A stretch of DNA of 64,000 nucleotides from Alphaproteobacteria bacterium (GTDB lineage Bacteria > Pseudomonadota > Alphaproteobacteria > Azospirillales > Azospirillaceae). The DNA lies in the NCBI GenBank assembly GCA_046570145.1, contig JBKHVJ010000024.1:37141-101140 (forward strand). The letters run 5' to 3'. The notes beneath the pieces were generated by a model. It was given only the letters and a program-made list of their open reading frames with translations, was not told the origin of the DNA and searched no databases. Position 1 is the stretch's first letter. Each line of letters opens with the position of its first letter. Below are positions 26,106 to 35,496 of the stretch, piece by piece. A program made the position numbers and the translations under genes.

Positions 26106-26801
26106 TCAGTCCACTGCGGCCTGGAACATGTACCCCATTCCGTGCACGGTGACGATACGGGTCGGTTCGGCCGGATCGGGCTCCACCACCCGGCGCAGGC
26201 GGCGGACCAGACGGTCGATGGAGCGGTCGTAGGGCACGGAATCGCCCCGCAGCGTCAGGTCCAGCAGATCGTCGCGGCTCAGCACCCGCCCCGGATTCTC
26301 GACGAAGGCGGCCAGCAGTTCGAATTCGGCGGAGGTCAGCCGCGCATCCTCGCCGCCGGGGTCGCGCAGGCGGCGCTTGTCCAGATGCAGTTCCCACCCG
26401 TCGAACCGCTTCACCCGTCCGCCGGCCGGCCGGATCGGCTTGGCGATGCGGCGCAGGAGGCTGCGGGTGCGGGCCAGGATCTCGCGCGGCTCGAACGGCT
26501 TTGTGATGTAGTCGTCGGCACCCAGTTCCAGCCCGATCAGCCGGTCCATCCGGTCGGAGCGGCCGGTGATCAGGATGATGCCGATGTTGGAAGCGGCCCG
26601 CAGCTCCCGCGTCACGGCCAGCCCGTCCTTGCCGGGAAGCCGGATGTCCAGCAGCAGCAGGTCGATCCGCCCGCGCGCCAGCAGTGCCGACAGCTGATCG
26701 CCGTCGCGCGCCAGCATCACCCGATACCCCTCGCCTTCCAGATAGGCCTTCAGGGTCTCGCGGGTGATGGGATCGTCGTCGACCACCGCGATGGTGTTCA
26801 T
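26106..26801 (-). CDS. OmpR/PhoB-family response regulator (REC + winged helix)
   Basis: The text includes 'IAVVDDDPITRE', the phospho-acceptor context 'LLLLDIRLPGKDG', 'ADDYITKPF', and a winged-helix tail 'LTSAEFELLAAFVENPGRVLSRDDLL...IVTVHGMGYMF'. Confidence 0.93.
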   Translation of the reverse strand: MNTIAVVDDDPITRETLKAYLEGEGYRVMLARDGDQLSALLARGRIDLLLLDIRLPGKDGLAVTRELRAASNIGIILITGRSDRMDRLIGLELGADDYITKPFEPREILARTRSLLRRIAKPIRPAGGRVKRFDGWELHLDKRRLRDPGGEDARLTSAEFELLAAFVENPGRVLSRDDLLDLTLRGDSVPYDRSIDRLVRRLRRVVEPDPAEPTRIVTVHGMGYMFQAAVD

Positions 26802-27007
26802 TGTCCCCCGTGACGGAGTCCGATGGCCCGCGGATTGTCTGCCGGCCCCTCATACCAAAGCTATCGGTTCCGCCAACCGGATACAAGATGGAGCACACGG
26901 ACCGTTCCAAGCGGCATCTGCCGATTGTACGGCCCGTCCAGAGTTTACAAATGAGGACAATCGCACGGAACTTGCCAGATGGAGGGGACAATGCCACATT
27001 TGTACCC

Positions 27008-28429
27008 ATGACAAATTGGACCCCGAACCTGGAGGGCCGCGCCGGCCCGCTCTACCGCGTCATCGCCGACGCCCTGGCCGACGACATTGCGGAGGGCGCG
27101 CTGCCGATCGGCACCCGCCTGCCCACCCACCGCGACCTCGCCTTCCGCCTCGGCGTCACTGTGGGCACGGTGACGCGCGCCTATACGGAGGCGGAAAAGC
27201 GCGGCCTGATCGGCGGCGAGGTCGGGCGCGGAACCTTCGTGCAGGGCCAGCGCCCGCCGGCGACACCTCTGCCGCTCGGCTGGCCGCCTGCCGGCGAAAC
27301 GTCCGCCGGGGAGACGGGAACCGGCGCTGCCATCGTCAACATGACGACGGTCCACCCCGAACATGCCGTCGCGGTGCAGGCCTTCGGGCAGACGCTGGTC
27401 GCCATCGGCACCTCCGGCCGCGCGGCGGCGCTGATCGGCTACGGCCCGCATGCCGGGCTGCCCGACCACCGCACCGCCGCCGCCGCCTGGCTGGAGCGCC
27501 AGCACCGGGTGCAGGCGACGGCCGACTCGGTGCTGCTGACCACAGGCGCGCAGAACGCGCTGGCGGTGGCGCTGGCCGCCGTCGCCCGCCCCGGCGACGT
27601 CATCCTGGCGGAGCGGCTGACCAACATCGGCACCAAGGCGCTGGCGGCCACCCAGGGCTATCACCTGGAAGGGGTGGCCATCGACGAGCATGGGCTGGTG
27701 CCCGACGCCTTCGACAGCGCCTGCCGCCGGCTGGGACCCAAGGCGGTCTATCTGGTGCCGACCCTGCAGAATCCGACGGCGGTAGTGATGCCCGCCGCCC
27801 GCCGCCGCGAGATCGCCGAGATCGCCCGCCGCTATGGCGTGATCCTGATCGAGGACGATGTGTTCGGCTTCATGGTGCCGGACGCCCGGCCGATCCAGAC
27901 CATCGCCCCCGACATCACCCTGTATGTGTCGAGCGTGTCCAAGAGCCTTGCCGCCGGGCTGCGGCTGGGCTTCGTCGTCGCGCCGGCGGAACTGCGCTCC
28001 CGCGTCGAGACGGCCATCCGCGCCCTGCAATATTCCGCCCCCGCCCTGCCGGCGGAGGTGGTGACGCGCTGGATCCAGGACGGCACCGCCGACCGCATCG
28101 TCGCGACCCAGCGGGAAGAGGATCTGGCCCGCCAGCGGCTTGCCCGCTTCATCCTGCCGGCCGGGACCGTCTACGGCAGTTCGGCGGCACAGCATCTGTG
28201 GCTCGTCCTGCCGGAGCCTTGGCGGCGCGAGGATTTCATCGGCGAGGCGCGGCGCCGCGGCGTGATCGTCACCGGCGCCGACGCCTTCGCCGTGGGTCGG
28301 GCCAGTGCCCCACATGCGGTGCGCGTGGGGCTGTGCATGCCGCGCAACCGCGACGATGCCGCGCGCGGCCTGCGCGCGCTGGCCGATGCGCTGGACTCAC
28401 CGGCGGCGGCGATGCTGTCGATCGTGTAG
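27008..28429 (+). CDS. MocR-type regulator (GntR wHTH fused to a PLP aminotransferase-like domain)
   Basis: The start is the ATG at 27008 (MTNWTPNLEG). The HTH is 'LPTHRDLAFRLGVTVGTVTRAYTEAEKRGLI'. The fold-type-I aminotransferase text includes a PLP-lysine context 'YVSSVSKSLAAGLRLGF'. Confidence 0.88.
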   Translation: MTNWTPNLEGRAGPLYRVIADALADDIAEGALPIGTRLPTHRDLAFRLGVTVGTVTRAYTEAEKRGLIGGEVGRGTFVQGQRPPATPLPLGWPPAGETSAGETGTGAAIVNMTTVHPEHAVAVQAFGQTLVAIGTSGRAAALIGYGPHAGLPDHRTAAAAWLERQHRVQATADSVLLTTGAQNALAVALAAVARPGDVILAERLTNIGTKALAATQGYHLEGVAIDEHGLVPDAFDSACRRLGPKAVYLVPTLQNPTAVVMPAARRREIAEIARRYGVILIEDDVFGFMVPDARPIQTIAPDITLYVSSVSKSLAAGLRLGFVVAPAELRSRVETAIRALQYSAPALPAEVVTRWIQDGTADRIVATQREEDLARQRLARFILPAGTVYGSSAAQHLWLVLPEPWRREDFIGEARRRGVIVTGADAFAVGRASAPHAVRVGLCMPRNRDDAARGLRALADALDSPAAAMLSIV

Positions 28430-28445
28430 GTCCCGGCTGGCCGAC

Positions 28446-31400
28446 CTAGGCCCCCTGCAGCATCCCCTGCACGGCGTCCATCGCAGCAAGCCCGCGGCTG
28501 AACACCGACTCCGCCGTCGCGGCATGCTCCTGGGCCTCGACGCGGCGGCCTTCGCGCATGCCGTCCTCGACCGCGCGCATCAGGCCGACGAAGCGGGTCA
28601 GGCCGAAATGGCTGGCGGCGCCGGCCAGCCGATGGGCGATGTCCTCGATCTCGTCGTCGGGCGTATCGGCGGCGGTCAGGCGGGGCAACCCCTCCTGCGC
28701 GGAGTCCAGCAGCAATCCGCGGATGGTGGTGAAGCGCGCCGGACCGAGGGACCGGATATAGCGTTCCAGGATCTCGTCGCTCACGTCCTCCTCCACCACC
28801 ACCGGCGGGCGGGCGGGCATCGGAACGACGGCCTCGTCGCCCGCCATGTCCTCGCCATCGCCCGCGCCATCCCCGCGCGAGGCGACGGCGTTGGACAGCA
28901 GGTGCATCAACCGCTCCGGGAAGATCGGCTTTTCGATCACCGCGTCGATGCCGGCGGTGAGATAGCTGGCGCGGTCGGCGGCGAAGACGTTGGCGGTCAC
29001 CGCGACGATCGGCACAACCGCCCGGTCGGCATCCGGCAAGGCCCGGATGCGGCGCGCCACCTCCGGCCCGTCGATGTCGGGCAGGCGGATGTCCAGCAGC
29101 ACGGCGTCGAAGCTTCGCCGCGCCGCCAGTTCCAGCGCCTTCTCCCCCGTTTCGGCGACGGTGATGCGGTGGCCGGCATCGGACAACAGGCCCAGCGCCA
29201 CCTCGCGGTTGATCGCGTCGTCCTCCACCAGCAGCAGGGCCAGCGACCGCACCCGGCTGATCGGCAGGAGCCGGCCGGGCCGCCGTGCCGGCAAGGCGGT
29301 TTCCTCCACCCGCTGCAGGGGGATGGTGACGGTGAAGACGCTGCCCAGTCCAACCGCGCTGTCGACCCGGATGCTGCCCTGCATGGCGTCCAGCAGGTGG
29401 CGCACGATGGCGAGCCCCAGTCCGCTGCCGCCGAAGCGCCGGGCGATGGTGGGATCGGCCTGTTCCAACTTCTCGAAGATGGCGGCGCGGCGTTCCGGCG
29501 GCACGCCGATGCCGGTGTCCCGTACCGCCAGACGCAGCATTTCGCCGGTGTCTCCTTCACCGGAACGTTCCGGAGCCGGTTCGATATCGACGCGCAGATC
29601 GACCCCGCCGCGTTCGGTGAACTTCACCGCGTTACCGACGAGGTTCACCAGGATCTGGCGCAGCCGCTGGCGATCCACCACCACCAGCTCCGGCACGTCC
29701 GGCGCGATGTCGAGATCGAGGTCGATCCCCTTCTCGTTCGCCAGTCCTTCCACAGTCGCAACGACCTCTTCCAGCACTGGCAGCAGGGCGCAGGGGGCGG
29801 GATCGAGGTCGAGCTTGCCGTCCTCGATCTTGCGCAGATCGAGGATGTCGTTGACCTGATCGAGCAGCCCATGGCCGCAGCGCATGATCGACATGGCATA
29901 GCGCCGCTCGCCCGCATGCAGTTGCCCGGTCAGCAGAAGCCGGCACAGGCCGAGGATGCCGTTCAGCGGGGTGCGCATCTCGTGGCTGACTGTGGCGAGG
30001 AACTCGGTCTTGGCGGCGTCGGCCCGCTCCGCCCGCTCCTTGGCCTGCCGCAGTTCCTCCCGCGCCCGGCGCGAGGCGGTGATGTCGTTGGCGACGCAGA
30101 TGATGCGGCAGCGGCCGTCGCCCGACCATTCGAAGGGATGGCGCTGCAGGGCGAAGACCGCGGTCTCGCCGTTGCGGGCCAGCACCAGCTCCTCCATCCC
30201 CAGCGACCGCATGGCTCCGGGATCGCCGCCGGCCAGCGCCCGACCGGTCTCCGGCCCCAGCACCTCGGCCAGGGTGCGGTCCTCGATGTCGGCGCGGCGG
30301 GTGCCGAAGCAATCCTCGGCCGCCCGGTTCCACAGCACGACCCGCCCGGTATCGCCGTCCAGCACGTAGAGCACGCTCGGCACATTGTCGATCACGGCAT
30401 CCAGGAAGGCCTGCGTCCGGCGCAGCAACTCCTCCGCCTCGCGGCGGCGGGTGATGTCGACGACCGAACTCAGCAGCACCTCCTCCCCCTGGAATTCGAA
30501 GGCGATGCCGGACAGCAGGCCCCACAGCCGGCGACCGGTGCGGGTCACCAGCTCCGTTTCGACGTCGAGCGCCAGTCCGCTGGCGAAGACGTCGCGGACG
30601 AACTCCTCGCGCACCGCCGGGACATACCAGACGGTGGCGGCCGGCCGGCCCAGCAGTTCGCCGGCATCGGCGACCTCGAACAGGTCGGCGGCGCGGCGGT
30701 TGACGAAGCGGATCTGGCCGTCGGCGCGGCCGGAGATCACCAGCGGGACCGGCGCCGCCTCCAGCACCGTGCGCAGCCACTGTTCGTTGCGGCGCAGCGC
30801 CTCGCTCTTGTCCTCGGTCTCCTGGATGTAGAATCGCAGGGCCCGGGCAAGCTCGCCGATCTCGTCGGCACCGGTCGCCGGCACCTCCGCCCTGCCGCCC
30901 CCGGTGCGGTCGCGGATCGCCTCGCTGACCGCCCACAGCCGGGCCAGCACCTTGCGCCGGACATACAGCACCGACAGCACCATCCCCAGCACCACCACCC
31001 CGACCGAGGCGAAGAACAGGCGGGTGTAGGTGGTGGACACCTCGATCACCTGCTGGCGGCTTTCCTCCGCCGCCTTGGTCTGCTCGACGAAGATGCCGGT
31101 GTTCAGACCGGTGTTGACCAGCGACACCTGATTGGCGCGGTCGACCAGCCCGTTCAGCGCCTCCGACGCCTGCAATTCCGCCTGCCGCTGGCGGAAGACG
31201 GAACGGTCGCCCTCCACCACCGCGCGCATGCCCTCGGCAAGGCGGGTCAGCCGGTCCGATACGCCGTCCGCGAGGCCTTGCGGCACGGACGAGGCAAGGC
31301 TCTCCAACTGCACCGCGGCGCCGTCGGCCAGCCGGGCCAGGGCGAAACTGTTCTCGGCCTGATGGACCGAGGCGATCAGGAACAACAGGCGCTCGGCCAT

Positions 31401-31976
31401 CGCCAGCCAGCGCTGCACGCCCACATCCTCGACTCCGCGCAGTTCCGGCTCCGCCAGGGCGTCGGCCATCCGCCGCACGTCGCGGGTCCGGTCGGCCAAG
31501 GCACGGCGGGCGGCGACGCGGGCGGTCACGCCGCGGTCGATGGCATCCCGCAGCCGCAGGATCTCGTCGCGCTGCTGCTTCAGCCCGGCAATCCGTCTTG
31601 CCTGGGGGGCGTCGGACGAGTCCATCTCCGCCAGCAGCCGGTCATAGCCGTCCAACTGGTCGGCGAGCCCCTGCTTGATCGTTTCACGACCGAAATTGTC
31701 GTCCGACAATGCCAGTTGTTCCAGGGTCCGCATGATCCGCTGATGCTGGCGCTCCAGCTTGGCGGAAGCGACGACGGCGGGAAACTGTTCCGACGTCACC
31801 TTGGTGATGCCGGCATGCAGGCCGTCGAAGGCGATGTAGGCGCCAAGCCCGATCAGGAAGGCGACCAGACCGTTGAAGGCCAGCGCACCGAACAGACGCG
31901 CGCCGACGCCGACCCTCACCACGCCCGCCTTCCCGGCTTCGGACCTGCCGGCATCCGACTTGCTGCCGCCCGTCAT
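28446..31976 (-). CDS. Hybrid sensor histidine kinase (2 TM + ~290-aa periplasmic helical domain, HAMP, 2x PAS, HisKA, HATPase, REC, Hpt)
   Basis: The ATG at 31976 (MTGGSK) has GGAG 8 nt upstream, with an alternative ATG at 31997. The ORF-track start at 32495 runs through the divergent SBP gene and is rejected. Domain text includes the H-box 'ATVSHEMRTPLNG', 'GGSGLGLAIVRHL', the REC 'VLLDIRLPDIDG' and the Hpt 'IAHRLAGAASHFG'. Confidence 0.9.
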   Translation of the reverse strand: MTGGSKSDAGRSEAGKAGVVRVGVGARLFGALAFNGLVAFLIGLGAYIAFDGLHAGITKVTSEQFPAVVASAKLERQHQRIMRTLEQLALSDDNFGRETIKQGLADQLDGYDRLLAEMDSSDAPQARRIAGLKQQRDEILRLRDAIDRGVTARVAARRALADRTRDVRRMADALAEPELRGVEDVGVQRWLAMAERLLFLIASVHQAENSFALARLADGAAVQLESLASSVPQGLADGVSDRLTRLAEGMRAVVEGDRSVFRQRQAELQASEALNGLVDRANQVSLVNTGLNTGIFVEQTKAAEESRQQVIEVSTTYTRLFFASVGVVVLGMVLSVLYVRRKVLARLWAVSEAIRDRTGGGRAEVPATGADEIGELARALRFYIQETEDKSEALRRNEQWLRTVLEAAPVPLVISGRADGQIRFVNRRAADLFEVADAGELLGRPAATVWYVPAVREEFVRDVFASGLALDVETELVTRTGRRLWGLLSGIAFEFQGEEVLLSSVVDITRRREAEELLRRTQAFLDAVIDNVPSVLYVLDGDTGRVVLWNRAAEDCFGTRRADIEDRTLAEVLGPETGRALAGGDPGAMRSLGMEELVLARNGETAVFALQRHPFEWSGDGRCRIICVANDITASRRAREELRQAKERAERADAAKTEFLATVSHEMRTPLNGILGLCRLLLTGQLHAGERRYAMSIMRCGHGLLDQVNDILDLRKIEDGKLDLDPAPCALLPVLEEVVATVEGLANEKGIDLDLDIAPDVPELVVVDRQRLRQILVNLVGNAVKFTERGGVDLRVDIEPAPERSGEGDTGEMLRLAVRDTGIGVPPERRAAIFEKLEQADPTIARRFGGSGLGLAIVRHLLDAMQGSIRVDSAVGLGSVFTVTIPLQRVEETALPARRPGRLLPISRVRSLALLLVEDDAINREVALGLLSDAGHRITVAETGEKALELAARRSFDAVLLDIRLPDIDGPEVARRIRALPDADRAVVPIVAVTANVFAADRASYLTAGIDAVIEKPIFPERLMHLLSNAVASRGDGAGDGEDMAGDEAVVPMPARPPVVVEEDVSDEILERYIRSLGPARFTTIRGLLLDSAQEGLPRLTAADTPDDEIEDIAHRLAGAASHFGLTRFVGLMRAVEDGMREGRRVEAQEHAATAESVFSRGLAAMDAVQGMLQGA

Positions 31977-32084
31977 TCCCAACTCCGCCCGCCCCATCCA
32001 GACGCCCAGCCCCGACACCCCCAATCGTTTGCGCGGTGCCGTGGGCAGCGTATCATAGCGGCGCCGTAGGATAAGGGGAGAAGG

Positions 32085-33149
32085 ATGGGGCCGAAGCCTG
32101 TTGCCGCCGCGCTGGGACTGATTCTGGCGCTCATTCCGGCGGTCGGCGGAACCGCCGTGGCGCAGCCGAACGCGCAGCCCGTGCCGAACGGCGACCGCCC
32201 GGTCCTGGCGGAGATCGAGCGGCGGGGGGTGGTTCGCTGCGGCGTGTCCTTCAATCCCGGCTTCGCCGCCAACGACGACAGCGGGCGGCCCGTCGGCTTC
32301 ATGGTCGATCTGTGCCGGGCGCTGGCCGCCGCCGTCCTGGGCAAGGCCGATGCCGTGGAGATCCGCCGCCTGTCCAAGCCGCAGGAATTCGACGCCGTCG
32401 CAGCCGGCGAGGTCGATGTCTCCTTCGCCCAGACCTCCTGGACACTGACCCGCGACGCGACCTACGCCGTCGATTTCGGCCCGCCGGTCTTCCACGACGT
32501 GCAGGGGATCGCCGCGTGGCGCCTGCCGGACGGACGGTCCGCCCTGGAGGGCGGGGAACTGACGGTCTGCGTTCCTACCGGAACCACCACGCAGGCGGAA
32601 CTGGAGGCGCTCGCCGCCGCGGGCAAGCGCCCCTGGAAGCTGCGCAGTTTTCCCGGCTGGCCCGACGCACTGGAGGCGTTCCTCAGCCGCGACTGCGCGG
32701 CGCTCAGCGCCGACCGGGCCCTGCTGACCACCGCGCTGTCCATGCTGGAGACGGCGAAGGAGTCGTTGGAGATCGCCGACGCCCCCCTTCCGTCACGCGA
32801 ACCGCTGGCGCCGCTGACTCCGAACGCGGACCGGATGTGGATGGCGGCGGTGCGCTGGACCGTCTATGCGCTGTTCCTGGCCGAGGATGCCGGCGTGACC
32901 GGCGCCAACGCCAGTTTCCAGAGGATCACCGGCAGCAGTGAGATGCGGCGCCTTCTGTCCGGCCTCCCGGAAGTCGCGGCCAAGGCCGGGCTGCGCCCGG
33001 ACTGGGCCTATCAGGTGGTGGTACAGGTCGGGAATTACGGCGAGATCTTCGAACGCAATCTCGGCTCCCGCTCCCCCTTCAAGTTGGAACGCGGACCGAA
33101 CCGGCCCTGGACCCAGGGCGGTCTGCTCTACGCCCCCGTATTCCAGTAG
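32085..33149 (+). CDS. AapJ/BztA-like general amino-acid ABC substrate-binding protein (orphan)
   Basis: The ATG at 32085 is preceded by AAGGGGAGAAGG. It has a signal peptide 'AAALGLILALIPAVGGTAVA'. The text 'VVRCGVSFNPGFAANDDSGRPVGFMVDLCRALAAAV' and the C-terminal 'VGNYGEIFERNLGSRSPFKLERGPNRPWTQGGLLYAP' closely mirror my recollection of AapJ. No permease or ATPase genes are nearby. Confidence 0.85.
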   Translation: MGPKPVAAALGLILALIPAVGGTAVAQPNAQPVPNGDRPVLAEIERRGVVRCGVSFNPGFAANDDSGRPVGFMVDLCRALAAAVLGKADAVEIRRLSKPQEFDAVAAGEVDVSFAQTSWTLTRDATYAVDFGPPVFHDVQGIAAWRLPDGRSALEGGELTVCVPTGTTTQAELEALAAAGKRPWKLRSFPGWPDALEAFLSRDCAALSADRALLTTALSMLETAKESLEIADAPLPSREPLAPLTPNADRMWMAAVRWTVYALFLAEDAGVTGANASFQRITGSSEMRRLLSGLPEVAAKAGLRPDWAYQVVVQVGNYGEIFERNLGSRSPFKLERGPNRPWTQGGLLYAPVFQ

Positions 33150-33185
33150 CCAAGTCACTCCCCGGTGAAGCAGGCCCCAGGCGAC

Positions 33186-33419
33186 ATGACAATCGATGCC
33201 GGCATCTTCGACGACATGTACCGCCTCCACCTGCTGGGGTCTTCGGCCGAGCCGACCTTCAAGGCTGTGCATCAGGAGATGCTTCATCAAATCCTGAGGA
33301 CGCCCGCGAGGATGAGCCTCAGCAGCGAAATCTCCACCGCCGTGCGGGAGATCCGCAAGACATGCGAAACCGCCGGCTTCCCGCTCGAGAGGCGCGGACT
33401 GGGACACAGCTTCGCTTGA
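33186..33419 (+). CDS. Possible small hypothetical protein (77 aa from ATG 33186; ORF opens at GTG 33165)
   Basis: This is an ORF only. Its SD is weak and its codon usage is mixed, with several A/T-ending and AGG codons that are atypical for this window. I recognise no family. Confidence 0.3.
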   Translation: MTIDAGIFDDMYRLHLLGSSAEPTFKAVHQEMLHQILRTPARMSLSSEISTAVREIRKTCETAGFPLERRGLGHSFA

Positions 33420-33494
33420 GCGGGCGACGCCTCACGGCAGCCGCAGATCGCCTACCCAAAAGATCACTGTAGCCCAATACCGCGCCGCCCAGTA

Positions 33495-33514
33495 CCCCCG
33501 ACCATGGTCGGGGG
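33495..33514. repeat. Perfect 20-bp palindrome CCCCCGACCATGGTCGGGGG
   Basis: The sequence is its own reverse complement. It lies in the 234-bp spacer upstream of the MHS transporter gene, about 140 bp before its ATG. Confidence 0.9.
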
Positions 33515-33653
33515 TGACGCGGATAGTTTGGTGAGCACACTATCGGCCAGAAAACCAAGGGGTGGGCTCGGTCATCAGTTCAAATGACCGGAATGCACCG
33601 CGGGCTAAAAACCAACCGATATGCGCGACTATTCACTTGGGAGGGTGAAGACC

Positions 33654-35369
33654 ATGGCCTATGCGGCTTCGTCGGGCGATGCCGTCCGACCGATGACGGG
33701 CGAGGAGAAGAAGGTGATCTTCGCGTCCTCGCTCGGGACCGTTTTCGAGTGGTACGACTTTTATCTCTATGGTTCACTCAGCGCGGTCATCGCCGCGCAA
33801 TTCTTTTCCGGGGTCAACCCGACCGCGGGCTTCATCTTCGCGCTGATGGCCTTTGCCGCCGGCTTTGCCGTCCGGCCCTTCGGCGCCCTGGTCTTCGGCC
33901 GTCTCGGCGATATGATCGGCCGCAAATACACCTTCCTGGTCACCATCCTGATCATGGGCGTGTCGACCTTCATCGTCGGCATCCTGCCCAACTATGCCTC
34001 CATCGGCATCGCCGCCCCCATCATCCTGATCGGCCTGCGCCTGCTGCAGGGCCTGGCGCTGGGCGGCGAATACGGCGGTGCGGCGACCTATGTCGCCGAA
34101 CATGCCCCGCATGGCCGCCGCGGCAACTACACCTCCTGGATCCAGACCACCGCGACTCTCGGCCTGTTCCTGTCGCTGCTGGTCATCCTGGGCTGCCGTG
34201 TGTCGATGTCGCCGGAGGATTTCAATGCCTGGGGCTGGCGCATCCCGTTCCTGATCTCCATCGTGCTGCTGGGCATCTCGGTCTGGATCCGGCTGATGCT
34301 GAACGAATCGCCCGCCTTCAAGAAGATGAAGGAGGAGGGCAAGCACTCCAAGGCACCGCTGACCGAGTCCTTCGGTGAGTGGAAGAACCTGAAGATCGTG
34401 CTGCTCGCCCTGTTCGGTCTCGTCGCCGGCCAGGCGGTGGTGTGGTACACGGGCCAGTTCTACGCCCTGTTCTTCCTGACCCAGACGCTGAAGGTCGATG
34501 CCCAGGCGGCCAACCTGATGATCGCGGCGGCTCTGCTGATCGGCACGCCCTTCTTCGTGATCTTCGGCACGCTGGCGGACAAGATCGGCCGCAAGCCGAT
34601 CATCATGGCAGGCCTGCTGCTGGCCTGCCTGACCTACTTCCCGCTGTTCAAGGCCATCACCCACTACGCCAATCCGGCGCTGGAGGAGGCCATCGCCACC
34701 TCGCCGGTGGTCGTGGTCGCCGATCCCAACGAGTGCTCGTTCCAGTTCAACCCGGTCGGCACCAGCCAGTTCACCAGCTCCTGCGACATTGCCAAGAGCG
34801 CGCTGGTCCGGCGCGGCATCCCCTACACCAACGAAGCTGCCCCGGCCGGCACCGTCGCGTCGATCAAGGTCGGCAGCACGGTCATCCCGAGCTACACCGC
34901 GACCCCGCAGGCCAGCACCACCGTGTCGCTCAGCCACGGCCCGACCGCCTCGCATGCGCCGACCGACACCAAGGCCGCCGGCGCCGCCTTCGACAAGGGT
35001 CTGGGCGACGCGCTGAAGACCGCCAACTATCCGCCGAAGGCCGATCCGGCCCGCATCGACACGGTGATGGTCATCGGTCTGCTGACCATCCTCGTCATCT
35101 ACGTGACGATGGTCTACGGCCCGATCGCCGCGATGCTGGTGGAGATGTTCCCGACCCGCATCCGCTACACCTCGATGTCCCTGCCCTACCACATCGGCAA
35201 CGGATGGTTCGGCGGCTTCCTGCCGACCACCTCCTTCGCCATCGTGGCGGCGACCGGCGACATCTATTCGGGCCTCTGGTACCCGATCATCATCGCCGCC
35301 GCGACCCTGGTGATCGGCCTGCTGTTCGTCCGCGAAACCAAGGACGTGGACATCTACCAGCATGATTGA
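33654..35369 (+). CDS. MFS transporter, metabolite:H+ symporter (MHS) type, with ~140-aa hydrophilic insertion
   Basis: The ATG at 33654 is preceded by GGGAGGG. MHS-type text includes 'SSLGTVFEWYDFYLYGSL' and 'VFGRLGDMIGRKYTF'. A non-hydrophobic block, 'HYANPALEEAIATSPVVVVADPNECSFQ...KTANYPPKADPARID', lies between late TM segments. Confidence 0.88.
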   Translation: MAYAASSGDAVRPMTGEEKKVIFASSLGTVFEWYDFYLYGSLSAVIAAQFFSGVNPTAGFIFALMAFAAGFAVRPFGALVFGRLGDMIGRKYTFLVTILIMGVSTFIVGILPNYASIGIAAPIILIGLRLLQGLALGGEYGGAATYVAEHAPHGRRGNYTSWIQTTATLGLFLSLLVILGCRVSMSPEDFNAWGWRIPFLISIVLLGISVWIRLMLNESPAFKKMKEEGKHSKAPLTESFGEWKNLKIVLLALFGLVAGQAVVWYTGQFYALFFLTQTLKVDAQAANLMIAAALLIGTPFFVIFGTLADKIGRKPIIMAGLLLACLTYFPLFKAITHYANPALEEAIATSPVVVVADPNECSFQFNPVGTSQFTSSCDIAKSALVRRGIPYTNEAAPAGTVASIKVGSTVIPSYTATPQASTTVSLSHGPTASHAPTDTKAAGAAFDKGLGDALKTANYPPKADPARIDTVMVIGLLTILVIYVTMVYGPIAAMLVEMFPTRIRYTSMSLPYHIGNGWFGGFLPTTSFAIVAATGDIYSGLWYPIIIAAATLVIGLLFVRETKDVDIYQHD

Positions 35370-35429
35370 GGCCAGCGGGACCGACGGAGGGTTCCGCCTG
35401 AGCGGGCCATAAGGAGGTTCGGCAAAAGG

Positions 35430-35462
35430 AAACGGGCGGAGGGGAAGACCCTCCGCCCGTTT
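35430..35462. terminator. Bidirectional intrinsic-terminator-like hairpin between convergent genes
   Basis: AAACGGGCGGAGGG (35430-35443) pairs with CCCTCCGCCCGTTT (35449-35462) around the 5-nt loop GAAGA. The A-run and T-run flanks give a U-tract on both strands. Confidence 0.75.
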
Positions 35463-35496
35463 GCCGTTCCGACCATCGCCGAAGCCGGCGGACCCG

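Noticed and set aside
28305-32069. A 1254-aa ORF on the plus strand opposite the hybrid kinase gene. Similar very long antisense ORFs occur at 44566..48003 (+), 50428..53559 (-), 11396..13447 (-), 12642..14330 (-), 1631..3412 (-) and 33774..35603 (-).
   Set aside because: Their translations are Arg/Gly/Ala/Pro-rich low-complexity strings with no domain signatures. Each lies exactly antisense to a gene with clear family motifs. Long stop-free antisense frames are expected at this GC content.
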